A stretch of 64,000 bases of DNA from Marsupella aquatica (Eukaryota > Plantae > Marchantiophyta): assembly GCA_973895155.1 (NCBI GenBank), contig OZ316892.1, forward strand, positions 696,917 through 760,916, read 5' to 3'. Both the position numbers and the translations under genes were made by a program. The notes under the pieces are model-generated. The model saw only the letters and a program-made list of their open reading frames with translations, had not been told where the DNA came from and made no database searches. Below, one piece after another: positions 40,577 through 51,861 of this stretch. The stretch's first letter is position 1. Each line of letters begins with the position of its first letter.

Positions 40577-41884
40577 CTTGACTCACTGCACTGGTCGACT
40601 CAACTTTGCAGAAACTACCGATTGCTCAAAACAGAAATTAATGGGACACTAGTTATGCCTGAAATGAGTCTTTGGCAAGTCTTCCTCCTGTGCCAAATAA
40701 AATTTTGTCAACAAGTACATGAAGGTCCCCGAGCTCTATTCTGCTATGAGTCTACCGTAAAGCACACTCAGGTAGTTAGTACGTAGAATTACTTCGTGAC
40801 ACAGGTCCACGAGGTAGCACAGATGGTACGTTGACGCCAGACAGGGTCTCAGCTGCCCAGTAGCACCGATAGAACGGTGAAGGACGAGTCGCGATTGCCC
40901 AGAAGCACCGAGCTGGTCAGGTAGCCCCGAAAGCATCGATGGGTAATCGTCTGATCGATGCAGGGGAATATATGCACTGGTCCACTGATCTTGTGTATAA
41001 AAGCTTGATTACAGTACTCAGTTTCATCCTTCAGAGGTTGCATGGGGGCGCTGACTACGGGACATACAGGACTACAGGAGCAATATCTTAAAGAACATGT
41101 CCGACCCGAGCCGGGCTGTGATGGGCACGCAGTGGGCACAATCCGCTTTTGCTGAGGTCAGCAGATTTGCTGACTTTGTGCATTCGCTTCGAAATTTTAC
41201 CTTATCGCGATGTTGTGTCATGTTCTACTCTACTGCTGTTGGGGTTTTCTCAAATTTGGCCCATCACTCATTTGCTTGACAGACTTTACATCAGATCGTC
41301 AGAGAATACGGGGACGGCCAGAGATGAATGTCAACCCCTCGCCGGGTGAAATCCAGTTTCGCTTCAAAGTAGACATCTCTTAGTTACCGTTCCACTCGTG
41401 GTCCCAGGCAACCCACTACAGTATCGCATTGAGCAGACACACGCCTGCTGTGTGCCCAACTCGTCGTGATCGTGGAGTATGTGTGTGGCCTTCTCTATTG
41501 AGGATCAGCTCAGAGAATTTGAGAGTGTTTGTGGCATCCTCGAGCGACAGCCAAGAGGATAAGATGAGGACACTGCAAAAAGTCCAAGCTATTTGCAAGT
41601 TCAGAGTAATAGAGGGTTTAAGCAACTAGTTTTACACTAACAACCGAGATCACGTTAAAAAGTTGATAAGTGGACGATTACAAACTATCAGCGACTCGTT
41701 TAAAACTTCGAAAACGTTGATTTTAAAATGTTTACACGCGGACAACTGTAGCAAATTTTGGTGTAGAATAAGGCCCTGAAAACATGGGATTATGGTTCTC
41801 GCCCCTGGTGTCAAGGCCTATACGCTGACTCAAATTTTGCAAGAGACAAAACTGTAACTCACAGTCCAAGCTGTATAAAAAGAC

Positions 41885-42107
41885 GTAACCCCCACTGCAT
41901 TCACTCTCAAACATGAACGACAAGTTGAAGGCTTGATTGGAAGGGATTTAGGGCTTTGAAATCTGTCACGTAGACCTAGAACAAGTTCCGCTGGCTGTAA
42001 CCCAGTGCATTCACTCTCAGAAATGAACTACAAGTTGAAGGCTTGATTGGAAGGGATTCAGGGCTTTGAAATCTGTCACGTCTAGAACAAGTTCCGCTGG
42101 CTGTGAC
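41885..42107. repeat. Tandem duplication, ~112-bp unit x2
   Basis: tgcattcactctca..atgaac.acaagttgaaggcttgattggaagggatt.agggctttgaaatctgtcacgt...ctagaacaagttccgctggctgt occurs twice. Confidence 0.88.
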
Positions 42108-42199
42108 GTCCTTTGCCTGTGAGAAAAGTACTCCCGTCAAACCAATTGCTTATCGTTCACAACCTGCCTTGTAAACCACACTCTTAGCTCTGTCATTGG

Positions 42200-42640
42200 T
42201 CTACCAATTTGCTTTCCAACTTGCCTCTCTATGGTGGGATGTATCAATTTCTACCAACTGGTTTTCAAAAGTTGTTTAAACTCCAGGTGAATCTGGTGCA
42301 ATGTATCAGTTGTGCTCAACAAAATGGTTGTTCTACCAACTTGTTCTCCAAGTTGTTCTAACTCCATATATATACTTTGTGGGATATATGTATGTATCAG
42401 TTGTGCTCATCGATTGAAATGGTTGTTCTACCAACGTCCTTTCCAAGTTGTTTAAACTCCCTATCTATCTGGTGGCCGGATGTATCAAATTTTGTGCTCG
42501 TCAAAATGGTTGCCCTACCAACTTGTTTTCCAAGTTATTTTAAGCTCCCCATATGTCTTGTGATGTATCAATTGTGGTGGGATGCATCAATTTGTGCTCA
42601 TCAAAATTGTTGCCCTACCAACTTGTTTTCCAAGTTGTTT
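42200..42640. repeat. Degenerate tandem repeat, ~60-95-bp units, about 5 copies
   Basis: Recurrent atgtatca.ttgtgctc....aaatggttg..ctaccaacttgttttccaagttgtt. Confidence 0.75.
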
Positions 42641-45600
42641 TTGTTTTTTTTATTTGTGATAATTGTTGTGCTGCCTCAATAACCTCAATGTGTGCAGGAG
42701 CTTATACAAATGGCTGGGACCAAACCCAAGAAAATTTTTAAGGCCCATCTAAACACTCAAAGTAGAACCAAAAGGTAGTCCTACCGTCTGTGGCAGTCAT
42801 CTGAAAATGAAAACAAGAGATACAAAACATGGGAGGAGGAACGATGTTGAACCACGGTATTTTTTTCTAGGGGCCACTTCCTTGTTGAGAAGGTGACGTT
42901 CTTATCGAAGAACTGTTGGCTGATCCCTTACTTGGAGCTTGCTGAACAGGTCAAGCCCCATGTTGAAATTAATCCGATTCAGATCCTAATTGATGCTACC
43001 AATGTTGGCCTGGAAATGGAGAAGGCCAAGATAAGCTAATTGAGATGAAGACTGATTCTGATGAAGTTATCAGTGGTTCTGAGCCCCATATGCACAAGGC
43101 ACATCTTCCACCTGAACCACATCAGGCAACTCCAGAACAAATAGAACTGGTGATTCCTTCTCCTACCCCTTTGATTTTTCTTGCCTTGGCATGGCATGAC
43201 GATTCCACCTGAACCGGTGGTTACGTTGGCTTGCTCTTCTCCTCAACCCCTATGTCCTTTTGCAGATCAAAGCAAAAGTAAGATGCTCAAAGCAATTGAA
43301 GTTCAGCCAATCTAGACCCAACAGTAGTAAAAAAGGCCTAATATATTTAGACCACACCCTTTACAACTACTTTCACAGACTTTTTTAAACAGTGTGATTG
43401 GGAACCATTAAAAAGGTCTAGCTAGATAAAGATTTGTCAACATTCAGTCTTAAAAGGTTTCATGAAAAGACTAGCAAAAAGGACCTACATAGTACTTCTT
43501 TCCTTGCCATGTGCTTTTCACTACAATAAGGTGAGGGGCACAGTTAACTAAGTAACTTGGCTGTCAGTTCCAACATTCACTACGTTGGGGCTTTTATTCC
43601 ATTTTTTAAGCTTCCCAAATCCATAGAAGGAACCAAATTTTCTATCATCTCATGTTTAAATATGAAACCGCAAGGGTTGCACAAAAATTAAAAGCAACAA
43701 AAATATTTCCTCCCATTCCCCCACCATACCAAAAAAAAGGGAAAATGTTCCGCTGGACTCAATATATATCATCCAAAAAGATAAAACAAGTAAAAGCCAG
43801 AAACTCTTGGAAAACAGGTAGTTCAGTTTGGATCCCAAACGAATTAAGGAAAGGAAATGCCAGAGTAAAGCAGAGAGAGAAAACAGAGAGTGGGTGAGGA
43901 TTGATTTTTTCCCAATTTTTCCTTACTGTTTTTAATTGTTTTGTATGTGGACAATGGGAGAGGGGAGGGCAAGGATCACATATTATCGAAGGAGAGAAAT
44001 GAATGTGAGAAGAAAGATTTTTGAAACATGAAATCTCACGTTGCACAAAAATTTAAAAATAACCGAATGCCTTCCTCCCCTTCCCCCACCACACCAAAAA
44101 CGGAAAAAGGTTCCTTTGCACTCAAACCAAAAAATACATATAAATATATCACCTCAAATGATAAACCAAGTAAGTCTGAATTGTACCTGGGGCAACCAAA
44201 AAACTGCAGGAGAATGAAATCTGGGATGGACTGGTTTGTGGTGCTCAATTTGTCCTCACGGCTAAGACCTTTGTATAAAGATCCTGGCTTCAAGTTTCTC
44301 CCTTGGTGTGAGAGCAGTCGGCATGATTTGGCAAAGTCCGCATGATTTGGCAAAGGAGATGGGTATTGTAAACTGTGCAGGGCAGTAGGGAGGGCAGTTA
44401 TTGAAACTATCCCCCATCTCTTTGCTCAGTGTGTGCATACTAGGAGATACTGGGCTTTGGGTGCTGGTGGCTTCCAAAGCACCTTTGCTGACTACTAGGA
44501 TAGGCTGCTAGCCATGCTTGATCTGACTGGGGAGAGAACACAGCACAGTGGCAAAACTCTTTGTTTCTATCAGATCCCCTGGTCCTATGGTTGGGTTGGA
44601 ATGTCCATTTGTTTCAGGTAAATGGCTGCACAAAATTTTACCTTAGTATTTATTCTGTCGGAAGCGGCTGACCAAGTGACTGAGGTTGGATTGCAACTGC
44701 CCCTGGGCGCGCCACACTAGATTACTGTGAGTGAAGGAGATAATTAATCAGGAAAGAATAGCCTGGCTGAATAGGTGTCAAGTGTGGATTACATCTGGCT
44801 AAGGATTTAGCATGCCCTTTGAGTCTGCTTGGTTAGTCAATTTTGTTAATGGGCTCAGTGCTTTATGATGGCCCCTGTAGTAGTTGCTGGCATCCGGCCT
44901 GTTGTTGATTGGAGTTCTCGCTGACTTCCTGGTAGGGAGTTGTTGCTGTTGTTAATGTGGCAGCACGGTTGGTTCCCCCCTTGCCACGGGGTTTCCATGG
45001 CCTCTATTTTATAGCATACAAAATTCCCAAGATAAAACAAGTAAAAGCCAAATGAGAAACTCATATCACCCCAAAAGATAAAACAGTAAAAGCCAAAAGG
45101 GAAACTCCTGGAAGAAGAGAGTGGCAACAATCAAATCCTAAACCATGTGGCCAATAAGGATGTGGCCACACTTTGAGGGGAGGAGAAATATAAAATCAAA
45201 TAACCTCTCGTTGCAGAACTGCTCCGTTCTCATGGGGTATACACAACCTGTTGAGGGTGTATGGTCAAAACGGGATGTACACTTATTCTCATGTGTGGCA
45301 TGTTTTGATTGGATATCTTCTTGTATTTCTACAGCCGTCCCCTTCATTTTGACAATACATCCTGGGGCCATTTTTGGGGGGCCACCACAATATCATAAGG
45401 AATTGGTGCACTGGCTGGACAGTGCTAGTACTCGAATGAGCAAGCCCTTTAAGTCTGAAACACTAAAACTTTTGACAGAAAACCAAAACCGGTAATCAAA
45501 CACGTAATAAAACTTACACAAGTAGATAGTCAAATGCAAGCTTCTGAAGGAAACTTTCATTCGTGATGAGTTCGAAACAATGAGTTCGAAACAAGAACAG

Positions 45601-46160
45601 ACCAATTGCACCTCGAAAGCCTTCACTTGGCTTTATTCAAAATTTTATCAATCTTTCAAGCCTATGTCCGCAACAAGGCAACTACCAGAGCACGTCTAGT
45701 AATCTAACGAGGAAATTAGGAGGCCGTATCAAAATTTCCTTTTGCTCATGTCAAGCCAAGAGCGACACTTAGCAGATCTGTGATTTCGATTGTCAAGAAG
45801 CAATGCTGTTCAGTGAAGCTAGAATTTGGATGTTTGTCAACACTCACTGTGACCAACGCTTTTCCTCCCGATCATTTCTCCGTTACTCCCAAAATTGGTG
45901 AATAGATGAAATATCTTGCAGCCTTGTAAGGGCTACTAGAACCCCAAACTGGATGATCACAAAATTCCTGTCACGGAACTGCCATGCTAGCAACAATAAT
46001 GCGGCACCCTCTCCCCCCCAGCCCCCCTCTGGGGCGAATAATGGTTTTCTGCATGTATGCGCTTCATGAATCACACAACGAAGACCTGCCTATCTCTGGG
46101 CTGCCAGAGAGTATTGTTTAAAGCCACTTTCCAGCCAGCGCAACACAGCTTTCAATCTGG

Positions 46161-48533
46161 TCACCAGTAATCACCACAAGAACAAACGCCATCTTTGAAA
46201 TGGTGAAAGCGATTTGCATCCCTCGCTATAATCTCGCGTCCTGTCACCTTAGAGATAAACTTGGTTGCTGTGTGACAATCTGGACACACCCGAAGGTTCT
46301 TAGTTAGACGAATTGGCTGTTCCCGAGGTATGTGAATTAGTCCGTAAGCAATAGCCAACTTCTCACTGTGAGAGCAAAGAGCTAGTTCTTTATACTCCTC
46401 ATTGATATCATGTAGCACAAGCCGGGTGTCGGGAATGTAGCCTTCAGCCTTCAGTTTTTCAGTCAATTTATTAAGCTCAGTATATATCGCCTGCGCTTCT
46501 GGGTGAGATGTATCCGCTACGACAAACTCATGCATCTTGTTATCAACTTCAATCCAGCAACGCCCTGGCTCCTTCCGAACACCTCTCCTTTGCATCATAC
46601 TGCGCACCAAAGACACCTTCTCCCACTTGCCAGCCGCAGCATAGATGTTGGAGAGAAGCACATATGGAGAGGCCATACTGGGTTCCAACTTGAAAAGCTC
46701 TTGAGCGGCAAGTTCGCCCAACTCCACATTACCGTAAGTTCTACAAGCCCCAAGCAAGGCAGTCCAAGTCACCGTATTTGGTTCAATTGGCATGTCAATA
46801 ATGAAGAGCTTTGCTTCCTCAACGTGTCCTGCCCGCCCAAGAAGATCCACCATGCAGTTGTAATGCACAATGTCAGGCTCAATCCCATAATCTTGCTTCA
46901 TTGCTAAAAAGAGTTTACCGCCGTCATCAACAAGGCCACCATGGCAACAGGCCGACAACACTGCCACGAATGAAGTCCCGTTGGGCTTCACACCGTCTGC
47001 GTTCATTTTCCTGAAGAGCTCCAGGGCTTCATTCCCACATCCATGTTGTGCAAGTCCACCGATCATTGCATTCCACGTAACTACATCGTGTTTTTCCATT
47101 CTCTCAAAAACCCGTCGGGCATCATCTATACTGCCACTCTTTGCATACATGTGAACCAGTGCATTCCCCACACCTAAATCTGACTCCAGTCCCACCTTGC
47201 TAGCATGGCCATGAACATCCTTCACCCACTCCAAAGCCCCGGCACTTGCAGCTGCATTCAGGATGCTCAGACAAGTGATTGCACCCGGTCTGAAGCCTTC
47301 CCGTTTCATTTGGCAAAACAGCCGATATGCTTCATGCCCACAACCATGTTGTGCAAGCCCACCGATCATTGTATTCCATGTGACTACATCGCGTTTCTCC
47401 ATTCTGTCAAAAACTCGTCGGGCGTCATCGATACTGCCACTCTCTGCATACATGTGAACCAGTGCAGTGCCCACACGCAAATGCGACTCCAGTCCCGCTT
47501 TGCTAGCATGGCCATGAATCTCTTTCACCCACTTCAAAGCCCCCGCACTTGCAGATGCATTCAGGATGCTCACATAAGTGATTTCATTTGGTTCGAAGCC
47601 TTGGCGTCTCATTTCAAGAAACATTCGATATGCTTCCAAACCACGACCACTTCCTGCATATGCTCCAATCATTATGTTCCATGTGATGACATCTCGATGA
47701 GTCAAATCTTCAAAAACTCGAGTTGCCTCTGTGAGGCACCCACACTTTGCGTACATCTTAAGGAGGGCAGTCCCTACACGGACATCTGCTTCGAAACCGG
47801 CTTGTCGAATACACACATGCAGTTCTTTTCCCCAAGTCAGAGCTGATGGGCTGGCACATGCCTTCAAAATGCACAAATATGTGACCTCATTAGGTCGCAT
47901 ACCTTCTTGGCGCATTAATTTGAAAACTTCCAAGGCGGATTCAGGATGACGACTCTTAACATAGCCAGTAATCATCGAGTTCCAATGAATAACACTCTTC
48001 TCCTCAAGTTCATCAAAAACTCGGCGTGCATCCAGCAATCCCCCGCATTTGATGTACACATTCAGGAGGGTACTTGCCACATATGGATTCTTATCCATTC
48101 TACTCTCGATCATGCAGTCATGAACTTGCTTGGTCGCAAAAAGGTCGTTCTGTTGCAAGCACATTTGCAGAACTTTAATATACATGGACGAGTTTGAAGT
48201 ACTGCCTCCTTGTAGAAGATTCTGCAAAACAGCAATTGCTTCACTAGTGGTAGCAGCGCTATGGATGTGAGTACGGGGATTCGCTTGTGCAGTGTCTCGA
48301 GACCAATCTCTCCTGCCATAACTGGCACGAGGCTGCAATCTGCTGTGAGCAGTCAAACTGAGCCCTTCCTTCATCCATGCTGAAGTCGACGGCCCATCCA
48401 TCCAAAGAGCTCTCTTTGGCACCTCCTCGGTCTTCAGGTCTTGTCCTACTGAATTCTCGGTCTGCCTGATGACCGAGCCCACAGGTCTACTTGCAGGTAC
48501 AGGGTAACTTGTTAGAGAACGGATCGGCACCAT
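46161..48533 (-). CDS. PLS-class pentatricopeptide repeat protein with E and DYW domains (organellar C-to-U RNA editing factor), intronless
   Basis: P-L-S repeats (GTALVHMYAxSGSIDDARRVFxRMEKxDVVTWNxMIGG), PG box KEPGRCWIEV, deaminase motif HSEKLA...CPDCH, terminal CSCGDYW. First ATG at 48533; the true start may lie further upstream. Confidence 0.95.
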   Translation of the reverse strand: MVPIRSLTSYPVPASRPVGSVIRQTENSVGQDLKTEEVPKRALWMDGPSTSAWMKEGLSLTAHSRLQPRASYGRRDWSRDTAQANPRTHIHSAATTSEAIAVLQNLLQGGSTSNSSMYIKVLQMCLQQNDLFATKQVHDCMIESRMDKNPYVASTLLNVYIKCGGLLDARRVFDELEEKSVIHWNSMITGYVKSRHPESALEVFKLMRQEGMRPNEVTYLCILKACASPSALTWGKELHVCIRQAGFEADVRVGTALLKMYAKCGCLTEATRVFEDLTHRDVITWNIMIGAYAGSGRGLEAYRMFLEMRRQGFEPNEITYVSILNASASAGALKWVKEIHGHASKAGLESHLRVGTALVHMYAESGSIDDARRVFDRMEKRDVVTWNTMIGGLAQHGCGHEAYRLFCQMKREGFRPGAITCLSILNAAASAGALEWVKDVHGHASKVGLESDLGVGNALVHMYAKSGSIDDARRVFERMEKHDVVTWNAMIGGLAQHGCGNEALELFRKMNADGVKPNGTSFVAVLSACCHGGLVDDGGKLFLAMKQDYGIEPDIVHYNCMVDLLGRAGHVEEAKLFIIDMPIEPNTVTWTALLGACRTYGNVELGELAAQELFKLEPSMASPYVLLSNIYAAAGKWEKVSLVRSMMQRRGVRKEPGRCWIEVDNKMHEFVVADTSHPEAQAIYTELNKLTEKLKAEGYIPDTRLVLHDINEEYKELALCSHSEKLAIAYGLIHIPREQPIRLTKNLRVCPDCHTATKFISKVTGREIIARDANRFHHFKDGVCSCGDYW

Positions 48534-50144
48534 GTTGAAAGATCCTGGCCTGGTCAACAACTATATAGGCCGGCTCTACTCTTGTTCGGCTTTTCGGTTC
48601 AAATCTTGGACCAGGCCGCCCATTATTTGGACTTGGGGCTCGCTGATCAGATGTACTCTGTTCCGCTCGCCGTGACCTTGTCTGCTCTGACAGTACTGGC
48701 TTAAAGCTTGCTCTCGAACCTGGCTGGGCAACTTCAAGCGATGATGATGAAGTACTTTTGTCGAAATTCCCAGCAGCATTCAAGTCCCGGGTCCTGCTCT
48801 GATGTTGAGGCTTAAGTGCAGTCGGGTTTTGGGTGACTCGGGAGGGATAATTCCGTGGGGGTCGATGATATTTGCCAAACGTTCAATCCAAAGACTATAC
48901 ATACACAGTTCTCTTCGGTGCCCTGGCAGGATTGAAGTTGAATGCGTCCTTATAGTTTTCTTTCGGCCATGGCCTCTGCAGTGTCAGCGGTCTGGCATTT
49001 CCGTGAAAAGAATGTGGGAGCTGCGTCACACAAAAACTTACTCTGTGTAATTGATTATCCAGGAGAAGTACCCGCTGCCGCTGATTCCTGAAAAATGATA
49101 AATTGCAGTATACAAGTCAGCGGATAGAAAATGGTGGGCAATGCTCTACAGTCGAAGGAAGAGACCCAGAAATGTGTGATGGGAGAAGCGAAGTGGCGAG
49201 AAGAGGGGAGGGAAGGGAAGGGAAGGGAAGGGAAGCAATCCTCCATTAAATTCACCGTAACGAGTACTGCCAAGTGAATGAATAACAATGAGTCAATGAT
49301 TCAAACAGAGGCCAATTCATAGGTTTCACTATATGGGTAGAACTTCAAGTATGAGAACAGACAATTGAGATATGAAATCCAAGCGAAGATCACAACAAAG
49401 AGATGTAATGTGTTTCGAACAACGAACCTGCAGAGCCGTGAGAAAATTATGGCTATGCTGCATCGAGACCTCATCGTATGTGCCATAAGACTGTCCCGGC
49501 AGTTCCAGTTCTGGCTCACGGCCTCCGTTCTGCTCCCCATCATGCGGCGGCATCCTCCAGTCCTACTGAATCATGCGTTGCAACCTCTGGAGCTGCTGAA
49601 GACTCCAGCCTCCTTCGCTCAACTATCCCTCTGCCCAGATCCTTCCTCTGCGTCGTCTCCTGTTCAAATGTCAAAACACCTTGCCTGCCGGGGCAGCTCT
49701 GTCTCCCTCACTCCCTTCCCACTGCGTTTTGCCTTCGTTACTCGTTCAATCTCCCGTATCAGTCGATCAAGCCTAGGTTGATAGTGCTGGAGCTAATGGG
49801 TGCCGTTCTGTCCATGAGAAAGAAGGTTGGTGCTGCAGTTCAGGGTCTAGAGATAGCATCAATATTTGGTGAACTCTATGGGAAGCAAGCAGGTACTAGC
49901 TCAATGGATTTTTGGTCGTTGCAGAGACTGGCATCGGTGGTTGCGGCAACAGTAGTAGTCAGCACATTTAGAGGGCAGGCAGAAGAGTAGTCAATGACAA
50001 GAGAGCGGTGAGATAAGCAGTTCCGCTCCAGCCTTTTCTTCCATCCCTTTCACCAAGAGAGAGTGAGATATCATGGTGAAGTGACCTTCATAGCATATCA
50101 AATTAGTGATAGAGTTTAGATTGCTAAAACTATAGATTTTGGTC

Positions 50145-50227
50145 GGCATCCGAGATAGAGGCATCCAAGATAGAGGCATCCAAGATAAATGTTGGTCCAA
50201 GATAGATCCATCCCAGATAGAGGCATC
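50145..50227. repeat. Short repeat array (ggcatcc(a/g)agataga) interrupted by the retroelement insertion
   Basis: About 5 copies of a ~15-bp motif; the last unit is completed after the element (catctgagatag at 59116-59127). Confidence 0.75.
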
Positions 50228-50557
50228 TGTCACACCATTCTAGATAATGTTAGAGTATATCGTACTATCTAGATCCGTATGTTTGGTATGTGTGCTATAT
50301 GAGCCGATAAGGTTCCGTCATGTTTATGTGAGATAGTACTTCTCACTTGTGAGGCATTGAAAGGTCGTCTTTCAATGTTGAGCCTTAGAGAGAGAGGAGC
50401 TTGAGTGGCTATGGTGGTTGTGAGCTCCGCTTGTGTAACGTGGATTCCTTGAGTAGTGCAAGGTGCGTTGGCTTGACATACGTGTGTGATCGGATCGGTG
50501 CGGGATCGATGGGGTATTGTTGACCGGGATCGTTGTGCCGATTGTATGGAGATTACA
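50228..50557 (+). repeat. Terminal repeat A1 (TG...CA)
   Basis: 328 bp match 58651-58978 with 11 substitutions by manual count; ends GATTACA. Confidence 0.95.
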
Positions 50558-50567
50558 TTGAAAGATC
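50558..50567 (+). promoter_or_regulatory. Putative self-priming primer-binding site
   Basis: ACA|TTGAAAGA(T) across the A1 end is complementary to TCTTTCAATGT inside repeat A (50368-50378; ATCTTTCAATGT in A2). No TGG-type tRNA PBS is present. Confidence 0.55.
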
Positions 50568-51861
50568 ATGAGCTTCAAACTCTGTTGTGCGGACAGAAGC
50601 TCAGTCTGAGTTTGTCGTTGACGGTGACGGTTCATGGTAGCTCGAATCAATTAGATTTGTGTTTGACGCGGATTCATGTTTCTTGAATCGTTGGTTCTAT
50701 TGTTTGAGTACTTTGTTGCTATTCGATCTGGTTCTGGCCAAGCTTGAACGTTGTTGGATCTGGATTTGGTCTAGATCTGGTCTAGATCTGGATCTGAATC
50801 TGGATTTAGTCGGAGTCCAGATCTGGATCTGGAAAGAGATGGCCGAAGGTTGCTGCTTGTATCGCACTGTTGTTTTGTGGACAGATCTGTTGGAATTTTG
50901 AGTGCTCGCAGCGTTTTATTGTCAAGGGACGCTCGCGAAATGTCCCAGAACCGTGCGCGACAGGTTTGCAGAGGTCGAGAGCCATCGACGTTGCCATTTT
51001 TGTGAAGGAAACTGTTGCTTTCGAGTGGCAAATGTTGCCATTTTTGAGCCCGACAACTTCTGTTTTGTATACACACACAATTGTGTTTTGTATACACACA
51101 CAATTGTGCGCGCATAAGGCGACGCGTGAGGTCACCCGTCCCGAAAGTGCTCCCAACCGCTAACACAAAGTCACCCATCGCAAGCGCAAGCAGGCGCGAG
51201 GTCGAGGTCACCCATCCCGGGGCTATTCCGGGTTGTGAGCGCGAGGGGAGGCACGTGGTCAAGGTCAAGTGTGAGGAGGTCACCCATCCCGGGGCTATTC
51301 CCAGCCGCAAGCACTTAACTGGCAAGTTCTCATCCCACCTTGTGTACACACAAGTTTTCACAACTTGTTATTTAGATTTCAAGCGCCAGGGGGCTTTATA
51401 CACTTTCCGGTTTGCTTAGAGCCTTGTTTCGGGCCAAATTAGAGGCTCTTTAGAGGTTTTTGATAGTTCTGAGTTCATCTAAATATACAGATTGAACCAA
51501 TTGTGCATGGTTTCTCATCTATAACATTGGGACATCATGAAGCCTATTATGAAGGCCTTTCATTGAACATTATGAATATTTGTTTGATCAATGTGTGATC
51601 ACTCTTGGTGTGGAGAGTTAGTGTTTGACTATTCTTGTTGATTGGATCCTCTCCACACTTGTTTCCTGTTTATGCGCCATGTTGGTTCGGTGTGGGCGCT
51701 TGATTCCATAGGAGTGATCCGGGTTTGCAACTGAACATTCTAGTGTACTGTGTATTTCTCTCCTGGTGATGTTGGAGTGATGCCCAACACACCATGGTGA
51801 ATGCTTGTGGTGCTGACAGGGATAGATTGCCCTTAGGGTTAGCACATAGATTAGGTTAGGG

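Noticed and set aside
39624-40786. Plus-strand ORFs overlapping FTR1
   Set aside because: Antisense shadows of a codon-biased gene; no recognisable domains.
42200-42640. CRISPR-like array
   Set aside because: Degenerate tandem units without unique spacers, eukaryotic context, no cas genes.
46503-48197. Plus-strand ORFs (up to 213 aa) over the PPR gene
   Set aside because: Antisense shadows mirroring the PPR repeats.
50372-50650. Minus-strand ORF duplicated at 58795-59118
   Set aside because: Lies within terminal repeat A, so the duplication is explained by the repeat; no domain similarity.
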